DNA of 54,579 nucleotides, from positions 1 through 54,579 of the forward strand of contig SLJW01000083.1 of NCBI GenBank assembly GCA_007134865.1, given 5' to 3'. Shown here in pieces: positions 30,066 through 42,181 of this stretch; the first letter of the stretch is position 1, and every line of letters starts with the position of its first letter. The notes below the pieces were generated by a model. That model worked only from the letters and a program-made list of their open reading frames with translations. It ran no database searches and was not told where the DNA came from. Source of the stretch: Paracoccaceae bacterium. Its GTDB lineage: Bacteria > Pseudomonadota > Alphaproteobacteria > Rhodobacterales > Rhodobacteraceae. The position numbers and the translations under genes were made by a program.

Positions 30066-31412
30066 TCAGTTTTCGAGCAAACGGCGCAGGAGTTCGATAT
30101 CTTCGTGAAGCTGCGTGTCGGTCCCGCAAATCTCTTCGACCTTGCGCACCCCATGCAGAATTGTGGTGTGGTCGCGACCTCCGAAGCGACGCCCGATTTC
30201 AGGCAGCGAACGCGAAGTCAGTTCCTTGGAGAGATACATCGCAACCTGACGGGGGCGGGCAATGGTGCGGGTGCGTTTGGGACCCAGCATGTCGGACAAT
30301 CGGATGTTGTAGTATTCGGAGACCTTGCGCTGAATTTCCTCGACTGTCACCCGCCGCTCCGATGTGCGCAGGATATCCGACAGGCAATCCTGCACCATAT
30401 CGAGCGTGATTTCCTGCCCGATCAGGCTGGAAAAGGCGAATAGTCGCTGCAACGCACCCTCGAGCACCCGCACGTTCGAGCTGATCCGATGCGCCAGAAA
30501 CTCGAGCACGCCATCATCGATGGTGATGCTGCCATAGCTTTGCGAAAACAGCGCCGCCTTGCGTTGCAGAATGCCGAGGCGCAACTCGTAATTAGTAGGG
30601 TGCAGATCCACCACCAGCCCGCATTGCAGCCGCGAAGAGATTCGTGCTTCCAGATCCTTGATCTCGCCGGGCGCGCGGTCGGCCGAAATGACGATCTGCT
30701 TGTTCTGGTCAACAAGCGCATTGAAGGTGTGGAAGAACTCTTCCTGCGTGCTGTCCTTGCCCGCGATGAATTGCACATCATCGACCATCAGCACATCGAC
30801 CGAGCGGAACAGATTCTTGAAATCCATGATCTGTCGGTCGCGCAGGGCTTGGACAAAACGATACATGAACTGCTCGGCCGAGAGGTAAAGCACCTGCAAT
30901 TCAGGGCGCTTTTCCTGTAACTCCCAGGCGATGGCCTGCATCAGGTGGGTCTTGCCGAGCCCGACGCCGCCATAAAGGAAAAGCGGGTTGAAAGTGACCT
31001 CGCCGCCTTCGGCCACGCGGCGCGCAGCGGCATGGGCCAGTTCGTTGGGCTTGCCGACCACAAAATTCTCGAAACACAGCTTGGCATCAAGCGGTGCGCT
31101 CTGCAGGCCCTCATCCGGCATTGCGCGGGGACGTGTGCGCTCCGAGCCATTGGTCGGAGTTGCTGCACGTGCAGGACCGAATTCGAAATCCAGCCGTTGG
31201 ACCTGCAGGCCGGATCTCTGCAACTGCGCTATGATCTGATCATGGTAATTGCGTTTGACCCAATCCCCGACAAACCGCGACGGGGCGCGCAGGCGCAAAG
31301 CATCTTCGTTTACGCCGAGATATTCCAGTGGCGCTATCCAGCTCTTGTGATTGCTCTCTCCGACCTCGCGCCGCAATTCATCCGATATTCCCGCCCAATG
31401 CTCCGCAGCCAT
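30066..31412 (-). CDS. dnaA: Chromosomal replication initiator DnaA
   Basis: [50 protein letters not shown]. Confidence 0.98.
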   Translation of the reverse strand: MAAEHWAGISDELRREVGESNHKSWIAPLEYLGVNEDALRLRAPSRFVGDWVKRNYHDQIIAQLQRSGLQVQRLDFEFGPARAATPTNGSERTRPRAMPDEGLQSAPLDAKLCFENFVVGKPNELAHAAARRVAEGGEVTFNPLFLYGGVGLGKTHLMQAIAWELQEKRPELQVLYLSAEQFMYRFVQALRDRQIMDFKNLFRSVDVLMVDDVQFIAGKDSTQEEFFHTFNALVDQNKQIVISADRAPGEIKDLEARISSRLQCGLVVDLHPTNYELRLGILQRKAALFSQSYGSITIDDGVLEFLAHRISSNVRVLEGALQRLFAFSSLIGQEITLDMVQDCLSDILRTSERRVTVEEIQRKVSEYYNIRLSDMLGPKRTRTIARPRQVAMYLSKELTSRSLPEIGRRFGGRDHTTILHGVRKVEEICGTDTQLHEDIELLRRLLEN

Positions 31413-31809
31413 GTCACCCCTGCCTATTATAATTCATACGCGGCCATCCCCCAGGCCTCCATTACACACACACTCGCGTTCCCATTCGGCAGCGCCGAAA
31501 TGCGGTAGCGAAAAACAAATTGCCCTGCTGCAAAGCCGTGCCTGCAAGCGGAGCCGGTCTTAGTAGTCTGTGTCCAGCTACTGTGCGTGTCAGGCAAGGT
31601 TCCTGCCGACAGGCACGTGTCAGGACGTTCCCCATAACGGCGCGATGCCGTCACTTAATCGTCCTTGACCCCCCAAGGTACAAAAACGAGTCGCATCGGC
31701 AAATTACCAAGCTCACGCGATGGCGCGCAACTGAACTTGAAGCTTGACCATACTACGACGCGAAACGAATCGTTGCAGCGATGTCATCCGGACACAACAG
31801 CACCAATGC

Positions 31810-31831
31810 AAAAGGGCGCCCATGGGCGCCC
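31810..31831 (-). terminator. Intrinsic terminator after rpsT
   Basis: GGGCGCC-CATG-GGCGCCC followed by TTTT on the minus strand. Confidence 0.7.
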
Positions 31832-31865
31832 CTCCGATTAGCAAGTCGTGCGTGTGTAACGAAAA

Positions 31866-32132
31866 TCAGGCGCTCAGGGCCTTGATACGGGCCGAAAGCC
31901 GCGATTTCTTTCGCGCGACTGTATTTTTATGCAGCACGCCTTTGGTGACGCCACGGTCGAGTTCGGGCTGGGCAGCAAGGAAGGCGGATTTCGCAGCAGC
32001 CTGATCACCCGAAGCGATAGCTTCCTCGACCTTGCGCAGAAAGCGGCGGATACGCGAACGACGCGCTTTGTTGACTTCGGTGCGGCGCTCGATCTGGCGG
32101 GCGCGCTTCTTGGATTGGAGGGTGTTGGCCAT
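31866..32132 (-). CDS. rpsT: 30S ribosomal protein S20
   Basis: [38 protein letters not shown]. Confidence 0.97.
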   Translation of the reverse strand: MANTLQSKKRARQIERRTEVNKARRSRIRRFLRKVEEAIASGDQAAAKSAFLAAQPELDRGVTKGVLHKNTVARKKSRLSARIKALSA

Positions 32133-32286
32133 AGGTCTCTCGTCTGTAGGGTCTGGTTCAATTCGATTACACGCCAGACCCGACTGGTCAGAGTGACCAG
32201 TGACGATTCATGCCTTAAGCGGGCCCACGCGCATGTCTGGCAGCCCTATAGGACAGCCAGACGCCAAAGAAAACAGGAAAATCGCG

Positions 32287-33063
32287 TTATCGATCGCGGA
32301 ACTGCGGCTGGCGCTTTTCGAGGAAGGCCGACATGCCCTCTTTCTGATCCTCGGACGCGAACAGCATGTGGAACACGCGCCGCTCGAACAGGATGCCTTC
32401 GCGCAGGGTGGTCTCGTAGCTGCGATTGACCGATTCCTTGACCACCTTGACCGTCACCTGCGATTTCTCGGCGATCTTGGTGGCGGCGCCCATCGCCTCT
32501 TCGATCAGCTTCTTGGCAGGCACCACGCGACTTACAAGCCCCGCGCGCTCCGCCTCTTCGGCATCCATGAAGCGGCCGGTAAGATGCATGTCCATTGCCT
32601 TCGACTTGCCCACGAAGCGGGTCAAGCGCTGGGTGCCGCCGATACCCGCGACAACTCCGAGATTGATCTCGGGCTGGCCGAATTTGGCAGTATCCGCTGC
32701 AATGATGAAATCGCACATCATCGCCAACTCGCAGCCCCCGCCGAGCGCATAGCCTGCAACGGCCGCGATGATGGGCTTGCGCACACGGGTCAGCGCGTCT
32801 GATTCGGGCGCGAAGAAATCGGCCTCGAACATGTCGACAAAGCCCTTGTCCGACATCTCCTTGATGTCGGCCCCGGCGGCGAAAGCCTTGTCCGACCCGG
32901 TGATGACAATGCAGCGCACACGGTCGTTCTTGTCTGCATCCGCCAGCGCATCAGCCAGCTCGCCCAGCAGTGTGCTGTTGAGTGCATTCATCGCGTCGGG
33001 ACGGTTGAGCCGGATCAGGGCGACATGATCATCAATGTCGACGATCAGCGTTTCATAGGCCAT
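32287..33063 (-). CDS. Enoyl-CoA hydratase
   Basis: [42 protein letters not shown]. Confidence 0.95.
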   Translation of the reverse strand: MAYETLIVDIDDHVALIRLNRPDAMNALNSTLLGELADALADADKNDRVRCIVITGSDKAFAAGADIKEMSDKGFVDMFEADFFAPESDALTRVRKPIIAAVAGYALGGGCELAMMCDFIIAADTAKFGQPEINLGVVAGIGGTQRLTRFVGKSKAMDMHLTGRFMDAEEAERAGLVSRVVPAKKLIEEAMGAATKIAEKSQVTVKVVKESVNRSYETTLREGILFERRVFHMLFASEDQKEGMSAFLEKRQPQFRDR

Positions 33064-33127
33064 ATGGTGGAACCTTGGTTGCTGCGATCAGGGCCCTTGG
33101 CATACCAGCTTGGGGGCGGGGTTCAAG

Positions 33128-33991
33128 TCATCTCTGGCAGCGCGGACAGTAGAAACTCGAGCGCGCGGATTGCACGATTCGACGCACTTCCCCCGGGCAG
33201 CCAGGTGTCACGCAGAGCGCGCCCTCGCGCCCATAGACAAGAAAGGAATGCTGGAAATATCCAAGCTCGCCATTGGCTTGGCGGTAGTCGCGCAAGCTTG
33301 AGCCACCCGCCTCGATAGCGTCCGTCAAGGTGTCGCGGATGGTCTGTGTCAGGGTCTCGATCCGCGCGGCCCCGATCCGCCCAGCAGCGCGGCGCGGGCT
33401 GATGCCCGAGCGAAACAGCGCTTCGCAGACATAGATATTGCCCAGCCCCGCGACGATTCGCTGATCGAGCAGCGCGGCCTTGATCGGGGTCCGGCGGCCT
33501 CTGAGTCGCGAAGCCAGATAAGTAGCGTTGAAATGGTTCCCGAGTGGCTCCGGCCCGATCCCGGCAAGCAGCGGATGCGCCTCGAGCGCTTCGGTCGCGC
33601 AAAGGTCCATCGCGCCGAAACGGCGCGGGTCATTGAAGGTGACGCGCGCGCCGTTCTCCATATGAAAGATCACATGGTCATGCTTCTCCAGCGCCGGATG
33701 CTCGAAATGGAACTGCCCCGGCACATGCGGTGCGGCCAGTCCTGAGATCACCATCCGTCCCGACATGCCCAGATGCACGATCAGGCTCTCGCCCCGGTCC
33801 AGATCCGCCAGCAGGTATTTCGACCGCCGCCGCAACTGCACCACCCGCGCGCCGGTCAGCCGCGCCGCCATGTCGGGCGGAAAGGGCCAGCGCAGATCAC
33901 CCCGGCGCAGCTCGGCCCGCGCGATGCGCACCCCTTCCATCGCGGGCAAGAGCCCCCGGCGCACCGTCTCGACCTCGGGCAATTCAGGCAT
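33128..33991 (-). CDS. mutM: Formamidopyrimidine-DNA glycosylase
   Basis: [27 protein letters not shown], zinc finger C..C...YCPRCQ. Confidence 0.97.
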   Translation of the reverse strand: MPELPEVETVRRGLLPAMEGVRIARAELRRGDLRWPFPPDMAARLTGARVVQLRRRSKYLLADLDRGESLIVHLGMSGRMVISGLAAPHVPGQFHFEHPALEKHDHVIFHMENGARVTFNDPRRFGAMDLCATEALEAHPLLAGIGPEPLGNHFNATYLASRLRGRRTPIKAALLDQRIVAGLGNIYVCEALFRSGISPRRAAGRIGAARIETLTQTIRDTLTDAIEAGGSSLRDYRQANGELGYFQHSFLVYGREGALCVTPGCPGEVRRIVQSARSSFYCPRCQR

Positions 33992-34094
33992 GGCGGGCTC
34001 CCTGCAGTCACGGGGTCGCATTGTAACGCCCCTCGTTCCTCCTATAAGGAGAGCAGGAATACCCCGGCAAGGGGCAGGCAATCGTGGTGAACAC

Positions 34095-34847
34095 ATGAGT
34101 GACAGCGACAAGACCACGCATTTCGGCTTTCAGACGGTCGCTGAGGATCAGAAGGCGGGCCTCGTGCAGGGGGTGTTTTCCTCGGTCGCCTCGAAATACG
34201 ACGTGATGAATGACCTGATGTCAGGCGGCATCCACCGCGTCTGGAAAGACGCGATGATGGACTGGCTCGCCCCCCGCCCCGGCCAGCACCTGCTGGATGT
34301 GGCAGGCGGCACGGGTGATATCGCCTTTCGCTTCCTCAAGCGCGCGGGCGACACGGCACGCGCAACCGTGCTCGACCTGACCGAACCGATGCTGATCGAA
34401 GGGCAGAAACGCGCCGAGGCAGCCAATATGGCCGGGCAGTTGGACTGGGTCGTGGGTGATGCTATGGCGCTGCCCTTCGAGGCAAACAGCTTCGACGTCT
34501 ACACAATCAGCTTCGGTATCCGCAATGTGACGCGCGTCGAGGACGCGCTGTCCGAGGCGTTCCGCGTCCTGCGCCCCGGCGGGCGGCTGATGGTGCTGGA
34601 GTTCAGCCAGATCCCGAATGATCTGATGCAGAAGGTCTATGACCTCTATTCCTTCAATATTATCCCGCAGATGGGCAAGGTCGTGACTGGCGACCGCGAC
34701 AGCTATCAGTATCTGGTCGAATCGATCCGCCGTTTCCCCGATCAGGACCGCTTCGCCGAGATGATACGCGCAGCCGGCTTCGATCTGGTGAAATATCGCA
34801 ACCTGTCGATGGGCATTGCCGCGCTGCATTCGGGCTGGAAGATCTGA
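34095..34847 (+). CDS. ubiE: Ubiquinone/menaquinone C-methyltransferase
   Basis: [43 protein letters not shown]. Confidence 0.97.
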   Translation: MSDSDKTTHFGFQTVAEDQKAGLVQGVFSSVASKYDVMNDLMSGGIHRVWKDAMMDWLAPRPGQHLLDVAGGTGDIAFRFLKRAGDTARATVLDLTEPMLIEGQKRAEAANMAGQLDWVVGDAMALPFEANSFDVYTISFGIRNVTRVEDALSEAFRVLRPGGRLMVLEFSQIPNDLMQKVYDLYSFNIIPQMGKVVTGDRDSYQYLVESIRRFPDQDRFAEMIRAAGFDLVKYRNLSMGIAALHSGWKI

Positions 34848-34848
34848 C

Positions 34849-36381
34849 GTGCTGCGCTGGCCTCTCAATATCTGGCGGCTGATCCGCACAGGCGCCACGT
34901 TCGAGCGCACGGGCGCGATGGCGGTGGTGCTGGAAAAGATGGATGTCCCGCCACGGCTGCGCTTTGCGGCGCGCGTGCTGGGCTGGCCCTTCAAGTTTCT
35001 GGGGTTGCGCGGGGACCCGGCCCTGCCGCCACTGACCCGCGCGCTGACCGTGCTGGGCCCGGCCTATATCAAATTTGGCCAAACCCTCGCCACCCGCCCT
35101 GATGTGGTCGGGCCTGAACTGGCCGACCAGTTACGCTACTTGCAGGACAAGCTGCAGCCCTTTTCGCGCCTGAAGGCGATGGAAACCATCACCGAAGAGC
35201 TTGGGCGAGCTGTAACCGAATTATTCTCGGAGTTTTCCGAGCCCGTCGCAGCGGCCTCGATCGCGCAAGTCCATTGGGCAATCAAGGCCGAGACCGGCAA
35301 CAAGGTCGCCGTCAAGGTCCTGCGCCCGGGCGTGGAGCGCGCCTTTCGGACCGATGTGGAGGCCTTTTACTTCGCGGCCAGCCTGATCGAGTTGCTGCTG
35401 CCCAAGACCCGCCGTCTGCGCCCGCGCGACGTGATCGCGCATTTCGAGAGCGTTGTGGAGGGCGAACTTGATCTTCGACTGGAGGCGGCCTCGGCAGCAG
35501 AATTCGCCGCCAATACCGAGAATGATGCCGGGTTTTCGGTACCGCGTCCGATCTGGCACTTGTCATCACGCCGGGTCTTGACACTGGGTTGGGCCGAAGG
35601 TGTGCCCATGGGCGACAATGAAGCGCTCGATGTGCTGGGTATCGACCGGGCGGAGTTAGGCACACGGGTGCTGACACTCTTCCTGCGTCACGCGCTGCGG
35701 GATGGATTCTTTCATGGCGATATGCATCAGGGCAACCTGAAAGTCACAGGATCAGGCGAGATCATCGCGCTTGATTTCGGGATCATGGGGCGGATCGACG
35801 GCTTCACCCGCCGCGCCTATGCCGAAATCCTCTTCGGCTTCATCCGCAAGGACTACCGGCGTGTGGCCGAAGTGCATTTCGAGATGGGCTATGTGCCGCC
35901 CGACCGCGATATCGACGAATTCGCTCGCGCCCTGCGCTCGGTGGGCGAGCCGATCTTCGGCATGGACGCGCGCCATATCTCGATGGCCAAACTTCTGGCC
36001 TATCTGTTCGAGGTGACCGAGCGTTTCGGGATGGAGACACGGACCGAATTGATCCTGCTGCAACGCACAATGGTTGTGGTCGAAGGCGTGGCGCGTTCAC
36101 TCAATCCCGAGATCAATATGTGGCATGTCGCGCGGCCTGTAGTGGAAGAGTACATTCGCGAAAGCATCGGTCCGCAGGCGCTAGCGCGTGATCTCGCACA
36201 GAGCGCGCGCATCCTTGCGCGATTCGGCCCGCACCTGCCACGAATGATAGAGGACGCTCTGATCGCGCAGGCGCAGCGCCCGGAGCATGCCCAGCCATCA
36301 CGTGCTGTCGGCCCGTTGTCCGCTGCGATTGTCGGTGCGGGGTTGGTTGGGTTTGGTGTGCTATTGGGCGCAGTGCTCTGA
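34849..36381 (+). CDS. ubiB: Ubiquinone biosynthesis kinase-like protein UbiB
   Basis: LGPAYIKFGQ, AAASIAQVH, VAVKVLRP, FFHGDMHQGN, DFGIMG. Confidence 0.96.
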   Translation: MLRWPLNIWRLIRTGATFERTGAMAVVLEKMDVPPRLRFAARVLGWPFKFLGLRGDPALPPLTRALTVLGPAYIKFGQTLATRPDVVGPELADQLRYLQDKLQPFSRLKAMETITEELGRAVTELFSEFSEPVAAASIAQVHWAIKAETGNKVAVKVLRPGVERAFRTDVEAFYFAASLIELLLPKTRRLRPRDVIAHFESVVEGELDLRLEAASAAEFAANTENDAGFSVPRPIWHLSSRRVLTLGWAEGVPMGDNEALDVLGIDRAELGTRVLTLFLRHALRDGFFHGDMHQGNLKVTGSGEIIALDFGIMGRIDGFTRRAYAEILFGFIRKDYRRVAEVHFEMGYVPPDRDIDEFARALRSVGEPIFGMDARHISMAKLLAYLFEVTERFGMETRTELILLQRTMVVVEGVARSLNPEINMWHVARPVVEEYIRESIGPQALARDLAQSARILARFGPHLPRMIEDALIAQAQRPEHAQPSRAVGPLSAAIVGAGLVGFGVLLGAVL

Positions 36382-36409
36382 CAGCGCGCGGGACGCTGGC
36401 GCCCCTGCG

Positions 36410-37096
36410 TCAGCGTTGCGGCGGTTCGCTCCATTCCGGCCCTGACAGCAACCCGTCAAGCACCTGTTCCAGACTGGAGCGCTCCAACAAAACCAGCATG
36501 GCAGGACGGTCAACCTCGATCACGACTCTGTCCGCATTGGCGCGGTTGGAGGTGCCGACCTGCGCCTCCGGGTAGAAGTCGATGCCCTCGATCGGCCATT
36601 GGAGCCCGTCAGAGCGGCCCCGGACCAGCCCCAGCGGGTAGAGCGACACGCGCGCGCCGACTGGCAGGGGCAAATCAAGCCGTGGCGGCGCTAGGAATAC
36701 GATGTCTTGTGCTGCAATCATCACGACCCGCGCGCGCCCATGCCCCACAAGCGAGGTCATCGCAGCAAGCGTATGGTCCAGCCGCGCCCCGTCAAAGCCC
36801 AATGCCAGAACGAAGGGTGCAGCTATTCGGGCCAGGCATTTGTCGAGATCGGTGCTGTTCTGATCGGGAACATAGAGTACTCGTTCACCGAGTGCCTCGC
36901 GCAACTCCGGGTCAAGCGAGTCGAGATCACCGATTACCTGTTCGGGTAAGTGACCAAGCCGGGCGCAATGATTGGCTCCACCATCGGCCGCCACCAGCCG
37001 AGGGGCCATGCCCAGGGCCATGGACAGGTCACTTTCGTTAACCGCACCACCTCCAACCAATGTGACCGCGCGGTTTTCTTGGAGCCTGCTCTGCAT
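36410..37096 (-). CDS. thiN: Thiamine diphosphokinase (start uncertain)
   Basis: VAADGGA, IGDLDS, DQNSTDLDK, GARLDH, GTSN. Confidence 0.88.
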   Translation of the reverse strand: MQSRLQENRAVTLVGGGAVNESDLSMALGMAPRLVAADGGANHCARLGHLPEQVIGDLDSLDPELREALGERVLYVPDQNSTDLDKCLARIAAPFVLALGFDGARLDHTLAAMTSLVGHGRARVVMIAAQDIVFLAPPRLDLPLPVGARVSLYPLGLVRGRSDGLQWPIEGIDFYPEAQVGTSNRANADRVVIEVDRPAMLVLLERSSLEQVLDGLLSGPEWSEPPQR

Positions 37097-37233
37097 TGCT
37101 ATACTCTCTAGGGCAGCACGAATCGTGGCCAATTTGGTCATAGTCAGATCATTAAAATACCCAAGTCTGAACATTGAATCGCTCGGGTGGTGGAAGAGAG
37201 TGCCACGATACAGGTATGGAAAGTGAGCATGGT

Positions 37234-39609
37234 ATGGTTGCCCCCAACAAGATTCTGACCGTGTCCTACGGCACATTCTCGTGCACGCTTGAAGGGTTCG
37301 ACGAGCCTTTCGGGACAATGCAGGCCATAGCCGAATATTTTCGCGATCTCACCGCACAGGATCGCTATTTCGGAGCCGAGCCTCCCACTCCAGACACCGA
37401 GATGCTGCACCGAATTGCAGAGCGTGAAATCCAGCGCCGTGTCGAAGCGCGGGTAGAAGGCAATGGCATTCGCCTACGCCCGGAACCAGAGCAGGACCCG
37501 CTCGCGGTGGCACTTGCTCCGCAATCGCTGATGCCCGCTGCCGTCACAACCGTGACAACAACCGAGCCTGTTCCGGTTCCAATGGTGGAAGAGCCTCAGG
37601 CGGCTGTGGACATGTCATTGGCAGAGGCAGCGCCAGCGCCGGTGGCAGAGGCAGAACCCGAACGGGTTGCAAAGGTCGAGCCCCAATCAGTGGCCGAAGA
37701 AGAACCCAAACCGGCGGCAGAGGTCGAGCGCGAACCGCTGGCCGAAGTGATGCCCGAGACTACGATTGAGCCCGAAGCGGACGACGTGCCGGAAGGAGCG
37801 TTTGACGCGGTTCTTGAAGAACCCGAGGCGCCGGAAGAGTTGACCGCTCCCGAGGAAAGAGCAGCCGATACAGACGAGGCCGATCTCGAAACGCCGGATG
37901 AGCTTCGGGACTCAGCGCAGGCAGAAGAAGAAGAAACCGATCTCGCGTCGGAGTCAGAGCCAGCGCAGACGCCATTTGACCTGCCCGCAGAGCCCGGCAC
38001 GACGGTCAGCGACACAACCGATAGCGCGGCAGTTGTTGCGCCCTCGGAACCTGAGCCGGCTGAACCCGCAGATGAAGAGCCCGTTGATTTCAGCGAGAAG
38101 CTCGCGCGCATTCGCGCCGCCGTCGCCAAATCGGTCGCAGTGCCTGCCGCGGGTGCTGCAATGCTGGGCGCCGATGCCATCCGGCGCGAACAGACAGACG
38201 AAACAACCGAAGAACCGGAGGCCAAGATCCAGCCGGAGTCAACCGACACGGTTTCGAATAGCGCGCTGGAAGCGGAAGCTGAACGTGTTTCCGGCTTTGA
38301 CCAAGGCGCAGCCGAACCTCCACAAGATTGGGCAGATGATCTTTCCGAAGAGAACCTCACCGGTGACGACTCGGTTCTCGCAGCACATTTTGACCGAGAG
38401 ATCGACGAAGAAGAGGAACCACTCAGCGACGTGGAATATGACGTGGACGATTTCGACGCGGTAGCGTCAGATGATGACACTTCGGAAGCCGATGTCGCAG
38501 AGACTGAAGAACAGCCCGAGGACGTTCCGGCTGCTGGCCTCCGCGAGCAGATCCGTGGCATACTCGGTCATACCGGTTTGCGTGCGGATGACGAAGCGGC
38601 ATTGCTGACCGAATTGGCCGAAATCGAACAGGAAGTCACCCCGCGGCGCCCGAAGGCCAAGGCACGTATCGATGCGTTTACCTCGGCCACAGAGGCGGAT
38701 GCCGACCGCCTGATGCAAGTCGCCAAGTCCGAACTTGGCGAGAAAGACAGCCAGCGTCGCCGTGACGCCTTCGAGCATATGCGCGTAGCTGTCGATGCGA
38801 CCCGCGCCGAAGAAGAAGCCACTGGCCCACGTCGCGTCGATATTGAACAGCAGCGGCAGATCGAGCGCTATCGCGAAGATTTGGACGCACCCGATCCGCT
38901 CGCCAATATCCGCGCCAAGGCGGAAGCTGACCAAAAACGCAGCGATGAAATTGCCCCTGCAACCGAGGAAGCGCGCACCGAAGAAGAGCCGCAGAGCAAT
39001 GCGGTAAAGGAGGAGAAATTTTCTGAAGAGCCCCCGCTCGCGGCTTCAGATTTGGCGGAACATGAAGTTCAACCCGACGCCGAAAAGACGGTCACACCGG
39101 CGCGGCCGTTGCCGCGGCGCCCAGCAGCCATCGGCGCCGCTCGACGCGAACGTCCTCAGACAGAGCGCGCGCCGCTCGTTCTGGTCTCGGAGCAGCGTGT
39201 TGATGCACAAACGCCTGCTGGTCCGGTCCGGCCGCGCCGTGTACGGATCGACCCGATGAGTGGCGTGGAACAGCTTGCCCAGAATGCAAAATCATCAGTG
39301 TCCAACGCCGACCTCGAAGCCTTTTGCGCCTTTGCCAAAGAGGTGGATGCCTGGCTGCTGGACGAACAGATCGAGGCCGCTGCGGCCTATGTCACACATC
39401 AGAAACACCAGCAGGAATTCACGCGCGCCGAGCTGATGGGTTACGTCATTGCCAACAATCAGGGCAAGGAGGTCCCCCGTGACGATCTGCTCCGTGGCTT
39501 CGGCACTCTCCTGCGCGAGGGTCGGCTTGAGCGGTCTTCGACTGGCCAATTCCGCCTCTCGGAGGTCTCGGAGTTCGATGAACCCGCGCGGCGCTACGCA
39601 GCCAGTTGA
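37234..39609 (+). CDS. Large acidic hypothetical protein with ordered termini and a low-complexity Glu/Pro/Ala/Asp middle
   Basis: N-terminus [39 protein letters not shown]; C-terminus [24 protein letters not shown] (winged-helix-like by inference). Confidence 0.85.
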   Translation: MVAPNKILTVSYGTFSCTLEGFDEPFGTMQAIAEYFRDLTAQDRYFGAEPPTPDTEMLHRIAEREIQRRVEARVEGNGIRLRPEPEQDPLAVALAPQSLMPAAVTTVTTTEPVPVPMVEEPQAAVDMSLAEAAPAPVAEAEPERVAKVEPQSVAEEEPKPAAEVEREPLAEVMPETTIEPEADDVPEGAFDAVLEEPEAPEELTAPEERAADTDEADLETPDELRDSAQAEEEETDLASESEPAQTPFDLPAEPGTTVSDTTDSAAVVAPSEPEPAEPADEEPVDFSEKLARIRAAVAKSVAVPAAGAAMLGADAIRREQTDETTEEPEAKIQPESTDTVSNSALEAEAERVSGFDQGAAEPPQDWADDLSEENLTGDDSVLAAHFDREIDEEEEPLSDVEYDVDDFDAVASDDDTSEADVAETEEQPEDVPAAGLREQIRGILGHTGLRADDEAALLTELAEIEQEVTPRRPKAKARIDAFTSATEADADRLMQVAKSELGEKDSQRRRDAFEHMRVAVDATRAEEEATGPRRVDIEQQRQIERYREDLDAPDPLANIRAKAEADQKRSDEIAPATEEARTEEEPQSNAVKEEKFSEEPPLAASDLAEHEVQPDAEKTVTPARPLPRRPAAIGAARRERPQTERAPLVLVSEQRVDAQTPAGPVRPRRVRIDPMSGVEQLAQNAKSSVSNADLEAFCAFAKEVDAWLLDEQIEAAAAYVTHQKHQQEFTRAELMGYVIANNQGKEVPRDDLLRGFGTLLREGRLERSSTGQFRLSEVSEFDEPARRYAAS
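37618..37761 (+). repeat. Degenerate 24-nt (8-aa) tandem repeat, 6 units, inside the acidic protein
   Basis: [48 protein letters not shown]. Confidence 0.65.
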
Positions 39610-39627
39610 TCTTCTTACCAGACCAAT

Positions 39628-39659
39628 AAAATGGGCCCAGGCTTGCGCCGGGGCCCATT
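39628..39659 (-). terminator. Terminator after infB, possibly bidirectional
   Basis: AATGGGCCC...GGGCCCATT stem between convergent genes, followed by a T-run on the minus strand. Confidence 0.7.
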
Positions 39660-39679
39660 GCATTTCTGGCTGGAATTCA

Positions 39680-42181
39680 TCAGGCGAGTGTACGCTCGAC
39701 CTCTTCGCGCTCGAATATCTCAATCACATCGCCCTGGCGAATATCATCGTAATTCTCGAAGGCCATACCGCATTCCTGGCCCGAGATAACTTCCTTGACC
39801 TCGTCCTTGAAGCGCTTGAGCGTTTTCAGCGTGCCTTCATGGATAACCACATCGTCACGCAGTAGACGCACGCCCGCCGAGCGCCGCGCCACCCCTTCGG
39901 TAACCAGACAGCCCGCGACCTTGCCAACGCCGGACACCTTGAAGACTTCGCGAATCTCGGCATAACCGATGAAATTCTCGCGCACTTCGGCAGACAGCAG
40001 ACCGGATGCTGCTGCCTTGATGTCATCGACCAGGTCGTAAATGATCGAATAATAACGCAGCTCAACCCCTTTCTGGTTGGCCGAGTTACGTGCAGAGGCA
40101 TTGGCGCGCACATTGAACCCGATGATTGGCGCACCCGAAGCCTCGGCCAGCCCAACATCGGTATCGGTAATGGCACCAACGCCATAGTGGAGCACGCGCA
40201 CGCGCACTTCTTCGTTGCCGATCTTCTCGAGCGCCTGCACGATGGCTTCGGCAGAGCCCTGCACATCGGCCTTCACCAGAACAGGCAGTTCAGACACATC
40301 CTGATCGGCCTTGGCCTTGGCCATGAGTTGCTCGAGCGTGGTGGCGGCACCGGCGGCGGCGCGTTTGTCCTTGGCCGCCTGAGCGCGATATTCCGCGATC
40401 TCGCGCGCCTGCGCTTCGGAGCTGACCACATTGAGCACATCACCGGCTTCAGGCGTGCCGTTAATGCCCAGAACCTCGACCGGAACGGATGGTCCGGCTT
40501 CCTTGACGCGCTCGCCCTGATCATTGATCAGCGCGCGCACCTTGCCCCATTGTTCCCCGACGACGAAGATATCACCCTGACGCAGCGTGCCATTCTGCAC
40601 CAGAACAGTCGCTACCGGCCCGCGACCGACGTCAAGCTGCGCCTCGATCACGGCGCCCATGGCGGTACGGTTCGGGTTGGCCTTTAGCTCAAGGACCTCA
40701 GCCTGAAGCGCGATCGATTCGAGCAGATTGTCGAGCCCCTCGCCGCTGATTGCCGAGACTTCGACATCCTGGACATCACCTGACATGGCTTCAACCACAA
40801 CCTCATGCTGCAGCAATTCGGTGCGCACCTTGTTCGGGTCTGCCGTGGGCTTGTCGCATTTGTTGATCGCCACGATCATCGGCACTTCGGCCGCCTTGGC
40901 ATGGTTGATCGCCTCGATCGTCTGCGGCATGACCGAGTCGTCCGCTGCTACAACCAGCACAACGATGTCCGTCACATTTGCACCGCGCGCGCGCATTGAT
41001 GTGAAGGCCGCGTGGCCGGGCGTATCGAGGAAACTGAGCACCGCGCCGCTCTCGGTCGTGACCTGATATGCCCCGATATGCTGGGTGATTCCTCCGGCTT
41101 CGCCAGAGACGACATTGGTCTTGCGGATTGCATCAAGAAGTGACGTCTTGCCGTGATCGACATGGCCCATGATGGTGATGATCGGCGGACGCGACTGCAG
41201 GTCTTCGGGCTTGTCCTCGACCTGAGCGATCACCTGCTCGACATCGGCATCCGAGACGCGCACGACCTTGTGACCGAACTCATCGATGATCAACTCGGCC
41301 GTGTCGGCGTCGATGGTCTGGTTCATGGTCGCCATGACGCCCATCTTCATCAGTGCCTTGACCACATCGGCGACGCGTTCGGCCATGCGATTGGCCAATT
41401 CCTGAACCACGATGGTTTCCGGAAGCTGGACTTCGCGCACCACTTTCTCGCGCGACTGGCTCTGGCCCATGGCTTTCTGCCGCGCACGTTCCTGCTTGCG
41501 CTTCATCGCCGCAAGCGAGCGCTGCCGTCCGCCATCGCCCGAGAGCGCATCCTTCAATGTCAGCTTGCCAGCGCGACGCCCGCCGGCGTCGTCACGCGGC
41601 TTTGAGCGGTTCTGGCGGTCGTCGTCTCCGCGCTTGGGTGCCTTGCGCGTATCCTGTGCGGACGCGGGGCGAGCGCGCTCTGACAGCGGAGCTTGAGGCG
41701 TCGGATCAACCGGGGGCTCGGCGGCACGGGCCTTGCGGGCGGTCGCTTCGGCTTCGGCCTCTGCCTTTGCGCGTGCTTCCTCTTCTTCCTTGGCTCGCAT
41801 TGCAGCCTCACGCTCGCGCTCTTCGCGCTCACGTGTTTCGGCCTCTTCGCGGCGGCGCTGGCGTTCTTCCTCGCGCGCGGCTTCCTCAGCGGCGCGAGCC
41901 TCTGCCTCTTCGGTCTCGCGGGCTTTCGCTGCGGCGAGCGCTTTCAGGCGGCGCTCCATCTCTGCATCGGAAATGCCGGCAGGACGGCGCGCAGGATCAG
42001 GGCGCGCGGGTGCCGCACCCTGCCCACCGGAAGCGGGCGCTTGCCCCGGCTTGGGAATGACCACGCGCTTGCGCTTCTTCTCGACGACGACATTCTTCGT
42101 CCGGCCATGGCTGAAGCTCTGCTTCACCTGACCGCTTTTGCCGCCCAGTCCGAGTGTTTTCTTACCGTCTGTATCGCTCAT
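39680..42181 (-). CDS. infB: Translation initiation factor IF-2
   Basis: [47 protein letters not shown]. Confidence 0.98.
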   Translation of the reverse strand: MSDTDGKKTLGLGGKSGQVKQSFSHGRTKNVVVEKKRKRVVIPKPGQAPASGGQGAAPARPDPARRPAGISDAEMERRLKALAAAKARETEEAEARAAEEAAREEERQRRREEAETREREEREREAAMRAKEEEEARAKAEAEAEATARKARAAEPPVDPTPQAPLSERARPASAQDTRKAPKRGDDDRQNRSKPRDDAGGRRAGKLTLKDALSGDGGRQRSLAAMKRKQERARQKAMGQSQSREKVVREVQLPETIVVQELANRMAERVADVVKALMKMGVMATMNQTIDADTAELIIDEFGHKVVRVSDADVEQVIAQVEDKPEDLQSRPPIITIMGHVDHGKTSLLDAIRKTNVVSGEAGGITQHIGAYQVTTESGAVLSFLDTPGHAAFTSMRARGANVTDIVVLVVAADDSVMPQTIEAINHAKAAEVPMIVAINKCDKPTADPNKVRTELLQHEVVVEAMSGDVQDVEVSAISGEGLDNLLESIALQAEVLELKANPNRTAMGAVIEAQLDVGRGPVATVLVQNGTLRQGDIFVVGEQWGKVRALINDQGERVKEAGPSVPVEVLGINGTPEAGDVLNVVSSEAQAREIAEYRAQAAKDKRAAAGAATTLEQLMAKAKADQDVSELPVLVKADVQGSAEAIVQALEKIGNEEVRVRVLHYGVGAITDTDVGLAEASGAPIIGFNVRANASARNSANQKGVELRYYSIIYDLVDDIKAAASGLLSAEVRENFIGYAEIREVFKVSGVGKVAGCLVTEGVARRSAGVRLLRDDVVIHEGTLKTLKRFKDEVKEVISGQECGMAFENYDDIRQGDVIEIFEREEVERTLA

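Noticed and set aside
37618-37761. Tandem repeat as a CRISPR array or non-coding repeat
   Set aside because: Degenerate, in-frame 8-aa coding repeat with no spacers; no cas genes in the window.
39610-39680. No rbfA/truB after infB, and no carA beside carB
   Set aside because: Such separations are common in Alphaproteobacteria.
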